In this document: positions 63,111 through 63,623 of the stretch, piece by piece
Numbering within the stretch: position 1 is the stretch's first letter
Layout: each line of letters starts with the position of its first letter
Source of the DNA: Octopus bimaculoides
Taxonomy: Eukaryota
Length of the DNA: 63,623 nt
Direction: 5' to 3'
Assembly (NCBI RefSeq): GCF_001194135.2
Contig: NC_068985.1
Location: 125,626,297 to 125,689,919, forward strand
Notes under the pieces: model-generated
Databases searched by the model: none
Told to the model about the DNA's origin: nothing
The model's input: the letters and a program-made list of their open reading frames with translations, nothing else
Made by a program: the position numbers and the translations under genes

Positions 63111-63623
63111 GGAAACGGTTATCTCAGCCATAATTTAGTAGATAGTTTCTGATTTAAAAAAATTCTTTTATTTTTGGTTGGATTATTGTATTTCTTTTTC
63201 CTTTCATGTAAAGAGTCAAATTTAGCCTGAACACCGTGTATACATACATCATGCGTGTGTGTGTGTGTGTGTGTTTGTGTATACAGCTTCCGTATACCAA
63301 ATTTAATCACAGTATATTGGTTGGTACTGGACTACAGTAGAGGACACTTGCCTAAGTTGTCACGTAGTGGGACTGAACTCGGATCTTTTTTAAAACGGGG
63401 GCCACATTTTTCACTAATGTTTTACGTAGTGATTTTGGTACCGAAAGACTTTCAAACTTCGTATACTTATCTATTTTGTGTTATAGAACAGAAAAATATT
63501 TTTGTATTCGAATTTATTTTATGTAAAAAATTCTTATTTCGATAATTTCAACCAATCACTGACAAGTATTCAGTTGTTTATATTTACTCCTTTGGCTGAT
63601 TAAGCGCACACACACACACACAC

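Overview
Repeat-dense, AT-rich animal genomic DNA from a gapped short-read scaffold (12 N-gaps, 11 of them bordered by simple repeats). The SINE families and microsatellite load point to a coleoid cephalopod, probably Octopus; this is inferred from recognising the repeats, not from a search. I find no intact host protein-coding gene and no prokaryotic-type system. Nearly all ORFs in the track are artefacts of microsatellites or N-runs, or fragments of decayed transposons. The window is a layered mobile-element graveyard: at least four tRNA-derived SINE families (over 20 copies of one Nin/Deu-domain-like family), Penelope-like relics (RT, GIY-YIG, one hammerhead-like core), R4/Dong-like and RTE LINE relics, several Tc1/mariner fragments, a Tc2/pogo-type MITE, a hAT-like TIR pair, a candidate solo LTR and a deleted Helitron. 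I cannot support a previously undescribed biological system. The best leads are structural: an 87-bp-arm near-perfect hairpin (40430-40644), a head-to-head SINE fold-back and a five-copy head-to-tail SINE array (57.2-59.8 kb), SINE heads abutting (TTA)n tracts, a degenerate hammerhead ribozyme, and a possible minus-strand non-coding first exon at about 11.64-11.79 kb. All alignments and identities were made by eye.
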